From Thermoplasmata archaeon (lineage in GTDB: Archaea > Thermoplasmatota > Thermoplasmata > UBA10834): a DNA stretch of 64,000 nucleotides. Position numbers and translations under genes: made by a program. Below, piece after piece: positions 36,748 to 46,718 of this stretch. Positions within the stretch are counted from its first letter, which is position 1; every line of letters starts with the position of its first letter. The stretch lies in NCBI GenBank assembly GCA_029864565.1, contig JAOTTD010000001.1, forward strand, positions 66,232 to 130,231. Direction: 5' to 3'. A model generated the notes under the pieces. That model ran no database searches. It was not told the origin of the DNA and saw nothing but the letters and a program-made list of their open reading frames with translations.

Positions 36748-38358
36748 ATGAGCGGCCTCACACTCACGCCCTTGGACGGCGCCGACACCATCGGCGGCTC
36801 CAAACTGTTGTTGGAATACGACGGGTTAGGAGTACTCCTGGATTTCGGCATGAATTTCGCAAGGGCCAATAGGTATTTCGAGGAATACCTCAGACCGAGG
36901 ACCACGACGGGTCTCCTCGATCACGTGATCATGGGCACGATGCCGGATGTGAAGGGACTATACCGAGAGGATCTGATGCATCCAGATCTCGAGCTGAAGG
37001 GCCAGAAAGTGGACAGGGTCGACGCAGTGCTCTTGTCCCACGGCCATCTGGACCATTCCGGGGACATCGGATTCCTCAGGCGCGACATACCTGTCGCGAC
37101 GAGCGCTATGACTGCGGCAATCGTCAAGGCGTCCCAAGACAGCTCAAGGAGCGAGCCGGGTAGAGAACCGGCCTACTTCTGTGAGAGGTGCACCCTCGAA
37201 TCACGAGGTGCAAAGCTGCTGCGCAGTACGAAAGGTGACTTGCTCGGGAGGGACTACGCATTGCTCGACCAAGCGCCGACAGACGATCTGCTCCGGTTCT
37301 GGAACTTCCTGCCATCCTCCGAGCTTAGCAAGAGGGCCAACGCCCCGAGGCTCGTCCCAGGAGGCCTAGAGCACGGCCTCGACAGCTTCGGATGCCAGAT
37401 GATGCCTGTCGACCACTCCTTGAAGGGTGCGAGCGCGTTCATGATTGAGACATCGCAGGGGAACGTCGTGTATACTGGTGACGTCAGAATGCACGGGCTG
37501 AGAAACGCGATGACCCGCGATTTCGTGGCCAAGGCCAGATCTGCGAAGCCATACCTGCTTGTGGTAGAAGGGACCAGGATAAGAAAGGAAGGAGACATCG
37601 ACAAGGAGCCCACTCGTCCAAATGCGACTGAGGAGGAAGTCCGAGAGAGCGCAGACACGATCCTTTCTGGAGTGGCAGGCGAACTCGCCATCGCGGACTT
37701 CGGTCCGAGGAATGTCGAACGCCTTGAGATCTTCTTGGACGTGTCGCTCAAGGCACACAGGAAGCTCGTCGTGACCCCGAAGGACGCCTACCTGTTGCTT
37801 GCCATGCACACGGTTGATGCCTCAATCCCCGTCCCAGGAGACGATATGTTGGTGTACAACTCTCCCAAGGGATCTACCGATAAATACGAGGAATGGATAG
37901 TGGAGCACGTGTGTGTCGACTCGCTGGTGAAGCCAACTGACGTGGGCAAATCTCCTGGAGACTACCTTCTCTCATTCAGCTTCTGGGACATGAAACATCT
38001 AATAGACATCAAACCTGAGAGAGGGCACTACGTGTACTCCTCGAGCGAGGCGCACAACGAGGAGCAGGCCATCGACTTCGTGCGCCTTGGAGAATGGCTC
38101 AAGAGATTCAACATCGAGCCACACGGTTTCCGCATCGTCGGGAAGAACAACAAGAGGGAGCCTGTCTTCGAGTTGGAGGATGGCCCGTTGCACGCTTCGG
38201 GGCATGCGAGCCCTGCTGACCTGCAGAACATCGTCCGGGAGATAGACCCCGATGTGCTCATCCCTGTTCACACGGAGAATCCCGATTGGTTCGAGACGAC
38301 TTTCGGGGGCGAGCGCAAGGTGATCCTTCCAAAGAGATACAAGGCCATAGCGCTGTGA
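36748..38358 (+). CDS. RNase J-related MBL/beta-CASP nuclease
   Basis: IGGSK, LDFG, SHGHLDH, VDHS, YTGD, VEGT, HASGHA, IPVHTE. Confidence 0.8.
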   Translation: MSGLTLTPLDGADTIGGSKLLLEYDGLGVLLDFGMNFARANRYFEEYLRPRTTTGLLDHVIMGTMPDVKGLYREDLMHPDLELKGQKVDRVDAVLLSHGHLDHSGDIGFLRRDIPVATSAMTAAIVKASQDSSRSEPGREPAYFCERCTLESRGAKLLRSTKGDLLGRDYALLDQAPTDDLLRFWNFLPSSELSKRANAPRLVPGGLEHGLDSFGCQMMPVDHSLKGASAFMIETSQGNVVYTGDVRMHGLRNAMTRDFVAKARSAKPYLLVVEGTRIRKEGDIDKEPTRPNATEEEVRESADTILSGVAGELAIADFGPRNVERLEIFLDVSLKAHRKLVVTPKDAYLLLAMHTVDASIPVPGDDMLVYNSPKGSTDKYEEWIVEHVCVDSLVKPTDVGKSPGDYLLSFSFWDMKHLIDIKPERGHYVYSSSEAHNEEQAIDFVRLGEWLKRFNIEPHGFRIVGKNNKREPVFELEDGPLHASGHASPADLQNIVREIDPDVLIPVHTENPDWFETTFGGERKVILPKRYKAIAL

Positions 38359-38368
38359 CCGCATCGGC

Positions 38369-39172
38369 TTACTGCGTCAACAGGCTGTAGACCATCTCCA
38401 TCGCGGCGAGGTACACGCCCCCTGTGAATATCGTCCTGACGGCCCGCGTCTTGAGCTTCTTAAGGCCCCAGGTCGACCCAATCAACGCCATCACGAAGAT
38501 AATCGGTGTAAGCGCGATCGCGAGGTCGTAGTGGATGGTAACGCCCTCCCTGAGGGCGTAAGCGATGAACGCAGCCGGCGTCAGGATTGCCCCCACCAGC
38601 GCCGAAGTGCCTATCGCCTTCCTGGTATCAAACCTGAACACGTAGATTATGAGAGGCACGCTGACGACTCCTCCTCCGATGCCGAAGCTGCCCACGAGGA
38701 ATCCGGTCAGGACGCTGACACCGACGCCAGCCAACCTCCTTTTCGCGCCGACGTCGTCGAGCGCCGACCCTTCTTCGCGCTCAGCGCGATACATGTCATG
38801 CATCATCTTCGTGGCGACTATCAGAAGCAGGGAGGCGAAGCCGATCTTGACCAGGACCTCATCGACAGTGGTGGTGAACAGTACACCGACGGCCACTCCC
38901 ACGAGCCCTCCGAGGGCGAGCAAAGAACCAAGCTGGAAGTCGACGAGGCCTTTGCGGCTGTGACTGTATGTGGCACTAGCCATCGTCACGAACGCGAAGC
39001 AGAGGGACAGTGGTACTATCTCCTTCATCGCGAGGCTGACGAAGAACAGGTCCATTATCGGAACGTATAGCTGCCCCCCGCCGAGGCCCAGATTCGAGTA
39101 GAAGAACCCGACCACTCCTACCAGGACGGCGACGATAAAGAACGAATCCGTCCACATCAATTCCAATGCCAC
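38369..39172 (-). CDS. TauE/SafE (TSUP) family membrane transporter
   Basis: Two repeats GLGGGQLYVP and GIGGGVVSVP; AIGTS; multiple TM helices. Confidence 0.88.
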   Translation of the reverse strand: MALELMWTDSFFIVAVLVGVVGFFYSNLGLGGGQLYVPIMDLFFVSLAMKEIVPLSLCFAFVTMASATYSHSRKGLVDFQLGSLLALGGLVGVAVGVLFTTTVDEVLVKIGFASLLLIVATKMMHDMYRAEREEGSALDDVGAKRRLAGVGVSVLTGFLVGSFGIGGGVVSVPLIIYVFRFDTRKAIGTSALVGAILTPAAFIAYALREGVTIHYDLAIALTPIIFVMALIGSTWGLKKLKTRAVRTIFTGGVYLAAMEMVYSLLTQ

Positions 39173-39346
39173 GGAGCGTCAGAAACATGACGGAGATATT
39201 AAACAGATATGATTCTACAGCCGTTCGAACCGCGCAGCCCTTTGACGCAAATATTACGAACAATCGACCCATTCGTCCCACGTACCCCAAACGCTTTTAT
39301 ATCCTGTGGCAATTCGTTCGATTCGGTTTTGGGGAGGCAGGCTGAC

Positions 39347-41143
39347 ATGAAGGTACTGAGAGTCGATTTGACGACGAGCAAGTTCGTCGATCAGGAGATT
39401 TCTGAGGAGCATCAGAAGGCATATCTAGGCGGCAGAGGACTCGGGGCGAAGATCCTGTACGACGAGAACAAGCAGGGCATAGACGCGTTCGACCCGGAGA
39501 ACAGACTGATATTCATTTCAGGACCGTACACCGGAACCTTCGGCTCATTCACGGCGTTCTACAACGTCACCACGAAATCCCCTCTTACAGGGACGATTCT
39601 GTCGGCACACTCGGGAGGCCACTGGGGGCCGATGCTGAGAAAGACTGGGTATGACGGCATCGTGTTAGTCGGTCGCGCGCCGAGGCCAATGTATCTCCTT
39701 CTGACCGACGACGGGCCCGAGCTGAGAGATGCTGAGGACCTATGGGGAAAGGATGTCTTCGTAACAATCGACATGCTCGAGGAGCGGCACCAGCGAGCGA
39801 AGGCGGCTGTGATAGGACCTGCCGGGGAGAAGCGATCGCGCATCGCGGCGATAATGAACGACCACCACCGAGCTGCTGGTCGTGGCGGCGCCGGAGCGGT
39901 TATGGGTTCGAAGAATCTCAAGGCGGTCGTAGTTCACGGCACCAAGGATGTTCCTCAGGCCGACCCCGAGAAGCTAAAGGAGTCGTTCAAGGCGGCCACG
40001 AAGACCGTGAAGGAGAAATCGGCAGCCTTCGCGAAGTACGGGACCTCGATGGTCGTAGGCATAACAGGAAAGGCTGGCGCGATACCTACCAGGAACCTCC
40101 AGACGGGCTACTTTCCCGATTTCGAGAAGATCGGTGGTGACGCGCTGATAGACGGCCACTTCGTGAAGAACATGGCATGCGCCAGATGCCCGCTCCACTG
40201 TGGAAACGCGACGAAAGCTGAGAAGGATTACCAAGTCGAGACCGAGGGACCTGAGTACGAGACGCTGGCCATGTTCGGCGCCAACCTGGAGAACTCCAAC
40301 CTCGAATCGATCATCATGTCGAATAACATATGCAACCAGTACGGTATAGACACGATATCTTGCGCTGACACCATCGCATGCGCCGTGGAGCTGTTCGATA
40401 GAGGGATCATATCTGAGAAGGACACAGGCGGGCTCGCACTCTCGTGGGGCGACCACAGATCGATCGTGAAGCTCGTCGAGATGACCGGCAGGTCCGAGGG
40501 GTTCGGGGTGTTGATCGGAGAAGGTTCCAGGCGCCTGGCCGCTCGGTTTGGCGAGGAGGCGGAGAAGTGCGCCATGAATGTAAAGGGCATGGAGTTCCCT
40601 GGATACGACCCACGTGGGATCCAGGGCATGTCGCTCGCGTTCGCCACATCCACCAGAGGCGCGTGCCACCTAAGGGCCACGATGTACGTCCCCGAGCTGT
40701 TCCAGGGCGTCCTCGACAGGTTCACAGTCAAGGGGAAGGCGTCGACGCTGAAGGAACTGCAGGAGCTCTTCACGGTCCTCGACTGCATGGTGTTGTGCAA
40801 GTTCGGCGCCAGGAACGCTTTCGGCAACTCATGGGACGACATGGTGATGCTTGTCAACGCGGCGACGGGCCGAGGCTACACAGTCGACGGGCTCAAACAA
40901 GTGGGCGAGAGGGTCTGGACCATCGAACGGCTGTTCAACTTGAGAGAAGGGTTCTCAAAGCGTGACGATACCCTGCCCGAGCGGCTCTTCGACACGCCGA
41001 TACACGATGGTCCCTCGAAGGGCGCCGTGGTCAATCGTGACGATTTCATCAACGAACTTGAGGCATACTACGCCCTCTGGGGCTGGTCGGCGGAGGGCGT
41101 ACCGAGCAAGGAGACTCTGCAGCGGCTAGGGCTGGCGTTATGA
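39347..41143 (+). CDS. aor: Tungsten-type aldehyde:ferredoxin oxidoreductase family enzyme
   Basis: LRVDLT, YLGGRGLG, KSPLTG, AVMGSKNLKA, CARCPLHC, GPEYET, RGACH, DTLPER; ATG 39347 after GGGGAGG. Confidence 0.93.
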   Translation: MKVLRVDLTTSKFVDQEISEEHQKAYLGGRGLGAKILYDENKQGIDAFDPENRLIFISGPYTGTFGSFTAFYNVTTKSPLTGTILSAHSGGHWGPMLRKTGYDGIVLVGRAPRPMYLLLTDDGPELRDAEDLWGKDVFVTIDMLEERHQRAKAAVIGPAGEKRSRIAAIMNDHHRAAGRGGAGAVMGSKNLKAVVVHGTKDVPQADPEKLKESFKAATKTVKEKSAAFAKYGTSMVVGITGKAGAIPTRNLQTGYFPDFEKIGGDALIDGHFVKNMACARCPLHCGNATKAEKDYQVETEGPEYETLAMFGANLENSNLESIIMSNNICNQYGIDTISCADTIACAVELFDRGIISEKDTGGLALSWGDHRSIVKLVEMTGRSEGFGVLIGEGSRRLAARFGEEAEKCAMNVKGMEFPGYDPRGIQGMSLAFATSTRGACHLRATMYVPELFQGVLDRFTVKGKASTLKELQELFTVLDCMVLCKFGARNAFGNSWDDMVMLVNAATGRGYTVDGLKQVGERVWTIERLFNLREGFSKRDDTLPERLFDTPIHDGPSKGAVVNRDDFINELEAYYALWGWSAEGVPSKETLQRLGLAL

Positions 41144-41150
41144 TCGCCCA

Positions 41151-41348
41151 GTAGCCCTTCCACTATTCCCCAACAAAGGAGGGGCTGAGGAGTACAAGCC
41201 TACCTACGATCCTCTGGCGAAGTGGGCTTCCGAGAAGGGATTCGAATGGGTCGGCCCGCCGGTCTAGACATACCCCAAGAAACCAGAGGTCGTCGATGCC
41301 GGGATTATCCTACGTGCCAAGGCCATGGCTCCCGTCAGGAAGAGGTGA
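41151..41348 (+). pseudogene. C-terminal remnant of a GyrI-like effector-binding domain
   Basis: KGGAEEYKPTYDPLAKWASEKGFEWVGPPV*TYPKKPEVVD...APVRKR; TAG at 41265 where Glu (GAG) is expected; no start codon. Confidence 0.65.
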
Positions 41349-41456
41349 CCGCATCTGAGCTGATAGGCTTGAAGCCCGACGATTCAGTGTCCGTTATCAG
41401 AATTGATACCCTCCCCACCGCGATATATAAACCATCGCTGCGCTAAGACGGGACAG

Positions 41457-42380
41457 GTGTCTCCTTTGATAGAAGCCAACGGCCTCTGCAAGGATTACAG
41501 GCAGGTTAGAGCGCTCGACAACGTCAGCCTCCGTGTGGGAAGGGGAGAGATCTTCGGATTCTTCGGACCGAACGGAGCCGGCAAGACCACGTGCATCAAG
41601 GTGCTGTGCGGTCTCACGGCCGCAACTGGTGGCGACGCGTCGGTGATGGGCATCGACGTCGGCAGGGCGCCTGTGCACGTGAGGGACAACATCGCAATAC
41701 TGTCCGAGGAGAGCAGGTTCTACGAGGAGATGACCCCGAGACGCTACCTGAACATGTTCGGCAAGTTCATGCTAATGAACCGGCCTGAGAGGCTCTCCGC
41801 CCTCAACAAGGCGGCCGACCTGGCGGACATAAGGCCTTTCATTGACAGAAGGATCGCCAACCTGTCGATGGGACAGCGTCAGAGGGTGTCACTCGCCAGG
41901 GTGCTCATGTCGGATGTGCCGCTCGTGTTCCTCGACGAGCCATTCGAGGGCGTGGACATCATCCACAGGAAGAGGCTGAGAGAGCATTTCAGGGAGTACG
42001 TCTCCAGGGGCAACACGGTATTCTTCACCTCCCACAATCTGATCGAGGCGGAGCATATCGTCGACAGATTTGCGTTCATACATCACGGAAAGCTCATCGC
42101 AATCGGCACGGCGGAGGAGCTTAAGGAGAAGTACCTCGCGCCGTCGTACATGCTGCATGTGTCTAACCCCCAGAAGGCCAGAAAGGTCCTGGACGACAAC
42201 CTCCGACTCCAGTCCATCAGCATCGTCGAGGGCAACGTCTCCGTCGTGCTCGCCCGTAGGGGCCACGCCTCGGAGATCGCGAAGCTGCTGATACGCGAGA
42301 ACATCGACCTCTACGAGATGAAGTCGGTGGGGACCATGGAGGAGGTATTCGAGAGGACGACCAGGGGTGATATCCAATGA
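41457..42380 (+). CDS. ABC-2-type exporter ATP-binding protein
   Basis: GPNGAGKTT, LSMGQRQR, LDEP, TSH; GTG start at 41457. Confidence 0.92.
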   Translation: MSPLIEANGLCKDYRQVRALDNVSLRVGRGEIFGFFGPNGAGKTTCIKVLCGLTAATGGDASVMGIDVGRAPVHVRDNIAILSEESRFYEEMTPRRYLNMFGKFMLMNRPERLSALNKAADLADIRPFIDRRIANLSMGQRQRVSLARVLMSDVPLVFLDEPFEGVDIIHRKRLREHFREYVSRGNTVFFTSHNLIEAEHIVDRFAFIHHGKLIAIGTAEELKEKYLAPSYMLHVSNPQKARKVLDDNLRLQSISIVEGNVSVVLARRGHASEIAKLLIRENIDLYEMKSVGTMEEVFERTTRGDIQ

Positions 42381-44251
42381 ACATGGATATTCCACCGCCG
42401 CCCGAGGACGACTCCGAGCTTCCGCCGCCGCCGGCCGAGATCGCAGAGCAGACCCACCACTACCCGAAGATCGAGGTGCAAAAGTCAGGGCCGCTCGACA
42501 CGATCAAGAGGGCCGTCGTGATATTCGAGAAGGACATCAGAACGATGGCCAAGCACGGTCTGGCTAGCTCGGTGATACTGTTCGTATTCCTTCTGATTAT
42601 ATTCTCGATCATGAGCTTCGCAATGAAGCAGGCGATGAGCTTCGACATCGGGGCTATGATGGACGGCGACGAAATCGATGTGCCATGGGCTACGGAGAGC
42701 AATCCGCCTGTCGCAGACGCTGGATACGACAGGTCGATACCTGCTGGCACGACCATAACCCTAGACGCATCTGGCTCGTACGACGACGATCGGATCGTTC
42801 ACTACCAGTGGTCGTTCTGGGAGGTGGACTACAACGTGGACTTGTTCGGCGAGAGAGTAGACTACACATTCAACTACGTTGGGACCTACGAGATTCGCCT
42901 AACAGTCGCAGACTTCTCGATCAACCAGGCGGAGGACAACTTGACCATCACGGTCATGCACGCCACCTCGGACACTGAGGCGCCTTGGGTGGACTATCTT
43001 CAGAACGTTGAGGCCGAAGTCGACGATACCGTAGACTTGGCCGCTGTCAACTCAACGGACAACGTAGGTGTCATCAACTGGACCTGGGTCGTCCACGATG
43101 TTGTGCAGACGAAGCTCTACGGAGAGCAAGTGAGCCACACCTTCCCGTACGCCAGCCACGGGAGCCTCGGCGTCACGCTGATACTGAGAGACGCCTCGGG
43201 GAACTACAACAACTACTGGTTCGGAGTCACCGTGTACCCGCGGTATGAGGACGACGACTGGCCATGGGCTGAGGTCAACGAGCCTGGAATCGTGGCCCTC
43301 GGCGATGCGGTGACGCTCGACGGCACGGGCTCGGGCGATGATTCCGGCTCAATCGATACCTACACATGGTACATACTCCACAACGGCACCTACACGATGC
43401 TCACTGGGCAGACGGTTGAGCTCACGCCGGCCGAATGGGGTTGGTACGAAGTCATGCTAATAGTCCGCGACGAGGCGGGAAACTACAATGACGAATGGGC
43501 AGCCAGGACTGGGTTCATCGTCGCGCCGTCAGGTGTCGACGAGGTCAACGCGATAACCTGGAAGAGCACACCCTTTGGAATCGATGTGTCGTTCCACCTC
43601 CTCACGTACGCGTACGGTGTTGCTCTGCTTACGTCCGTGATTTTCGTCGGTGGACTATTCGCGAAGGGCTTCTCGCACGAGATACAGAAAGGCACGATCA
43701 AGGTCCTCTTCTTCGGACCCATATCCGTGACGACCACGATCTTCTCCAAAATACTCTACCCGATTGTTGTCGGACCGTTCCTCATCTTCCCGCTGACCAT
43801 GGCGGTTCTCGCGACCTTTGAGCAGGACCCTGGAGAGGTATTCGTGATAACCCTCGTGGCGTACCTGCTCGCGGTCACGACCATGGTCGCTGCGGCGTAC
43901 GGTTCTAGTCTCATATACGTGGCGACGAAGAGGATGGTGCTCAAGCCGACCGTGATATCCAGGATGTTCCTGTACTTCTCGCTCCTCGGCACCATGACGG
44001 TGTTCGAATGGCTATCGCTCGTGATGGACCTTTGGTTGAAGGTCGACACCTATGGCGACCTGTACTATGCTCACGGCGGTACCGTCGCGCTGCTGTCCCC
44101 GTTCCACCAGGGAGGGGTGTACCTGTCGAGCCTAATCATGGAGACATCGCAGAGCCCCGATTGGTGGGTGTTCGCTATACCGTTCGTGCTCATTGGGCTT
44201 GGCATAGTCGCATCCAGGAAGCTGTATCCCGACCTGTTCTCCAGGGAATAG
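42377..44251 (+). CDS. ABC-2-type permease with three PKD-like domains inserted after TM1
   Basis: FEKDIR plus TM1; PVADAG..TLDASGSYD..YQWSF, DNVGVINWTW, TLDGTGSGD..YTWY; then EIQKGTIKVLFFGPIS..IFSK and further TMs; ATGA overlap with the ATPase. Confidence 0.8.
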   Translation: MNMDIPPPPEDDSELPPPPAEIAEQTHHYPKIEVQKSGPLDTIKRAVVIFEKDIRTMAKHGLASSVILFVFLLIIFSIMSFAMKQAMSFDIGAMMDGDEIDVPWATESNPPVADAGYDRSIPAGTTITLDASGSYDDDRIVHYQWSFWEVDYNVDLFGERVDYTFNYVGTYEIRLTVADFSINQAEDNLTITVMHATSDTEAPWVDYLQNVEAEVDDTVDLAAVNSTDNVGVINWTWVVHDVVQTKLYGEQVSHTFPYASHGSLGVTLILRDASGNYNNYWFGVTVYPRYEDDDWPWAEVNEPGIVALGDAVTLDGTGSGDDSGSIDTYTWYILHNGTYTMLTGQTVELTPAEWGWYEVMLIVRDEAGNYNDEWAARTGFIVAPSGVDEVNAITWKSTPFGIDVSFHLLTYAYGVALLTSVIFVGGLFAKGFSHEIQKGTIKVLFFGPISVTTTIFSKILYPIVVGPFLIFPLTMAVLATFEQDPGEVFVITLVAYLLAVTTMVAAAYGSSLIYVATKRMVLKPTVISRMFLYFSLLGTMTVFEWLSLVMDLWLKVDTYGDLYYAHGGTVALLSPFHQGGVYLSSLIMETSQSPDWWVFAIPFVLIGLGIVASRKLYPDLFSRE

Positions 44252-44309
44252 GCGAGAGGGGCAAGAGAAGGAAAAGGTTTGGCGCGAGATAGGCTGCGAT
44301 GAGCTGCTC

Positions 44310-44759
44310 CTACAGGGCATCGAGCCTGGCCTTGTTAGCCTCGTTCTCCTTGCCCATCCTCTCCAGTATCCTCGCGGCCTCGGCGAGCAGTGACTTCGCG
44401 GTCTTGGACGAATCCAAGTAGAATCTGGACGAAGTCAGCTCGACCTTCCCAGCAAACTCCTTCGCGCCGGCCACGTCGACGCCGGCGGGCACCTCTGTCT
44501 CTATCACGTAGTTGCTGCTGTCGATATCCTGGATGGGTTCGAGTATCATCTCGTTGAGCTTCTCCCTCCGGGTGTGTTCGAGGATGTCGCTGCGTTTCCT
44601 ATGGGAGTCCGCCAACGCCTTCAGCGGTTCCTTGGTCGACGCGAGTTCGGGCCTGGCAGCAAGGTCGTCGTATATCGCCGACGTCGCTTTCTCGAGTTCC
44701 AGGGCGAACCTGATCACGGAGCCGAAGGATGTGCACTCCGGGAACTCGTACTCGGCCAT
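44310..44759 (-). CDS. Ferritin-like (rubrerythrin-type) four-helix protein
   Basis: FALELEK...Y, LADSH, VELTSSRFY, MGKENE; TGATG coupling to mmsA. Confidence 0.7.
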   Translation of the reverse strand: MAEYEFPECTSFGSVIRFALELEKATSAIYDDLAARPELASTKEPLKALADSHRKRSDILEHTRREKLNEMILEPIQDIDSSNYVIETEVPAGVDVAGAKEFAGKVELTSSRFYLDSSKTAKSLLAEAARILERMGKENEANKARLDAL

Positions 44760-46240
44760 CAGAACCACCTGGTGATCACTACCTTCCTGTCCGTGAAGAA
44801 CGATATGGCGTCGCGGCCCTGTCCGTGCATGTCGCCGAAGAACGAGTCCTTGTAGCCGGCGAACGGAAAGTAAGCCATCGCGGCTACGACTCCGATGTTG
44901 ATGCCAATGTTGCCGCACTGCACCTTGTGCCGGAAGTACCTGGCATCCTTGCCACTCTGCGTGTAAATCGACGCGGCGTTCCCGAACGGGCTCTTGTGTA
45001 TGAAGTCAATCGCATCATCCAGCGTGTCCATTCTCAGGTAGGATACGACAGGGCCGAATATCTCCTCCTTGGCGATCTTCATGTCTGGCGTGACCCCATC
45101 GATGACCGTCGGCCCTACGAAGTGCCCCTTCTCGTAGCCAGGGATCTTCGCGCCCCTGCCGTCGATAAGTATCTTGGCACCAGCCGCCTCAGCGCCGTCG
45201 ATGTAGTCTATGACTTTCGTCTTAGCCTTCGCGGACACGACCGGCCCCATGTTGACGCTCTCGTCAAGTCCGTAACCCATCTTGATCCTCTTCGACGCGT
45301 CTACGAACTTCTCGAGGAGCGACCCCGCCACGTCGCCCACGGCCACGAGATTCGAGCCCGCAAGGCATCGCTGGCCCGCACATCCATAGAACGACGCTAG
45401 CATGTTGGAGACGGTCCTGTTGAGAACGGAATCAGGCATGACGACGAGCGAGTTCTTCGCTCCGCCTTGGGCCTGTACGCGCTTGCCGTTCTCGCCGCAC
45501 TTCTTGTAGATGTATTTGGCGACAGGAGTCGATCCGACAAACGAAATGCCCTTCATGTACGGATGATCCATCATCGTGTCTGAGACCTCACGGCTGCCGT
45601 TGACCAGGTTGACCACGCCCGGTGGGAAGCCAGCCTTGTCTATGAGCGAGAAGAGGTTCCATTGCGTCAGCGGGACCTGGCTGGACGATTTCATGACGTA
45701 GCAATTACCGGTCGCAACTGCGTAAGGCCAGAACCAGTACGGGATCATCGCTGGGAAATTGAACGGGGCGATGCAGCCAAAGACTCCGAGAGGAGATATC
45801 ACTGCGTCCTCGTCTATGCCCTCCGCAGCGCCGTCCTCCAGATTGTAGCCCATCATGAGAGAGGGGATGCCCGCGGCGACCTCGACGTTCTCTATGGTCC
45901 TCCTCGTTTCTCCTCTGGCCTCGTCTATTGTCTTGCCCTGTTCCTGGACCATAATCCTGGCTATGTCCTCGAAATTTTGCTCCATCAGCTCCTTAAGCTT
46001 GAAGAAGATCCTCGCCCTAGTGATCGGCGGAGTCTCCCTCCAAGCCTCCCACGCCTCCTGGGCAGCCTCAATAGCGGCTTTGGTCTCGTCGGCGGTCGAC
46101 ATCGGCACCTTGCCGATTGTCGCGCCAGTAGTGGGATTCTCGACGTCCAGGTCTTTAGATGAGGTCGAGTCGACCCATTCGCCATTCACGTAGTTCTTGA
46201 GCCTTCCGTAATCCTTCTTTACCTCGGGTAGTAGAGCCAT
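44759..46240 (-). CDS. mmsA: CoA-acylating (methyl)malonate-semialdehyde dehydrogenase
   Basis: PFNFPAMIP, SFVGSTP, QAQGGAKN, GCAGQRCLA, EEIFGPV, SFFGDMHGQG; ATG 46240 after GGAAGGAG. Confidence 0.9.
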   Translation of the reverse strand: MALLPEVKKDYGRLKNYVNGEWVDSTSSKDLDVENPTTGATIGKVPMSTADETKAAIEAAQEAWEAWRETPPITRARIFFKLKELMEQNFEDIARIMVQEQGKTIDEARGETRRTIENVEVAAGIPSLMMGYNLEDGAAEGIDEDAVISPLGVFGCIAPFNFPAMIPYWFWPYAVATGNCYVMKSSSQVPLTQWNLFSLIDKAGFPPGVVNLVNGSREVSDTMMDHPYMKGISFVGSTPVAKYIYKKCGENGKRVQAQGGAKNSLVVMPDSVLNRTVSNMLASFYGCAGQRCLAGSNLVAVGDVAGSLLEKFVDASKRIKMGYGLDESVNMGPVVSAKAKTKVIDYIDGAEAAGAKILIDGRGAKIPGYEKGHFVGPTVIDGVTPDMKIAKEEIFGPVVSYLRMDTLDDAIDFIHKSPFGNAASIYTQSGKDARYFRHKVQCGNIGINIGVVAAMAYFPFAGYKDSFFGDMHGQGRDAISFFTDRKVVITRWF

Positions 46241-46718
46241 ACTCTCTATTCTCCTTCCGATTGCGCTATCCGTCAGCCACCGCTTGCATTGCAGCAAGCG
46301 AATCCACGCATCTCGAGACATCAAATCGCATTTTGAGAAGGTAGCCGCGATTGAAACTTGGCTTTGACTCTCCCCCACGATGCCGTCGATTGCGGCGCAT
46401 CAGCCGAGCCGTCCAATTTTATTAGGATGTTTTACAGCTTTTCGGCTCGAAATTCGCCAATGTGCCAGTGATTGTGGCCCTATTTGCGGTGTATGTTCTT
46501 CATCGCTATATAGGTTTTCATTCTGGCTTCGCCTGCAAAGAATTTGTTAACACTATGTGAATATTAATCTGGACAAACGCGTTGACGGACGGTGTTCGAA
46601 CGGCCGCATCCGATAATCGGAGTGCATGCCCTTTGAGGGTGTGAAAGAGGGTGCGACTCCCTATTGGAGATAGAGAAATCGTAATGGGTTTCACAAATGG
46701 TTTGACCGAACGCGAGGC

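Noticed and set aside
28459-38358. Methyltransferase plus MBL nuclease as a defence island
   Set aside because: They are about 7 kb apart and separated by metabolic genes; no restriction enzyme, helicase, toxin or integrase accompanies them.
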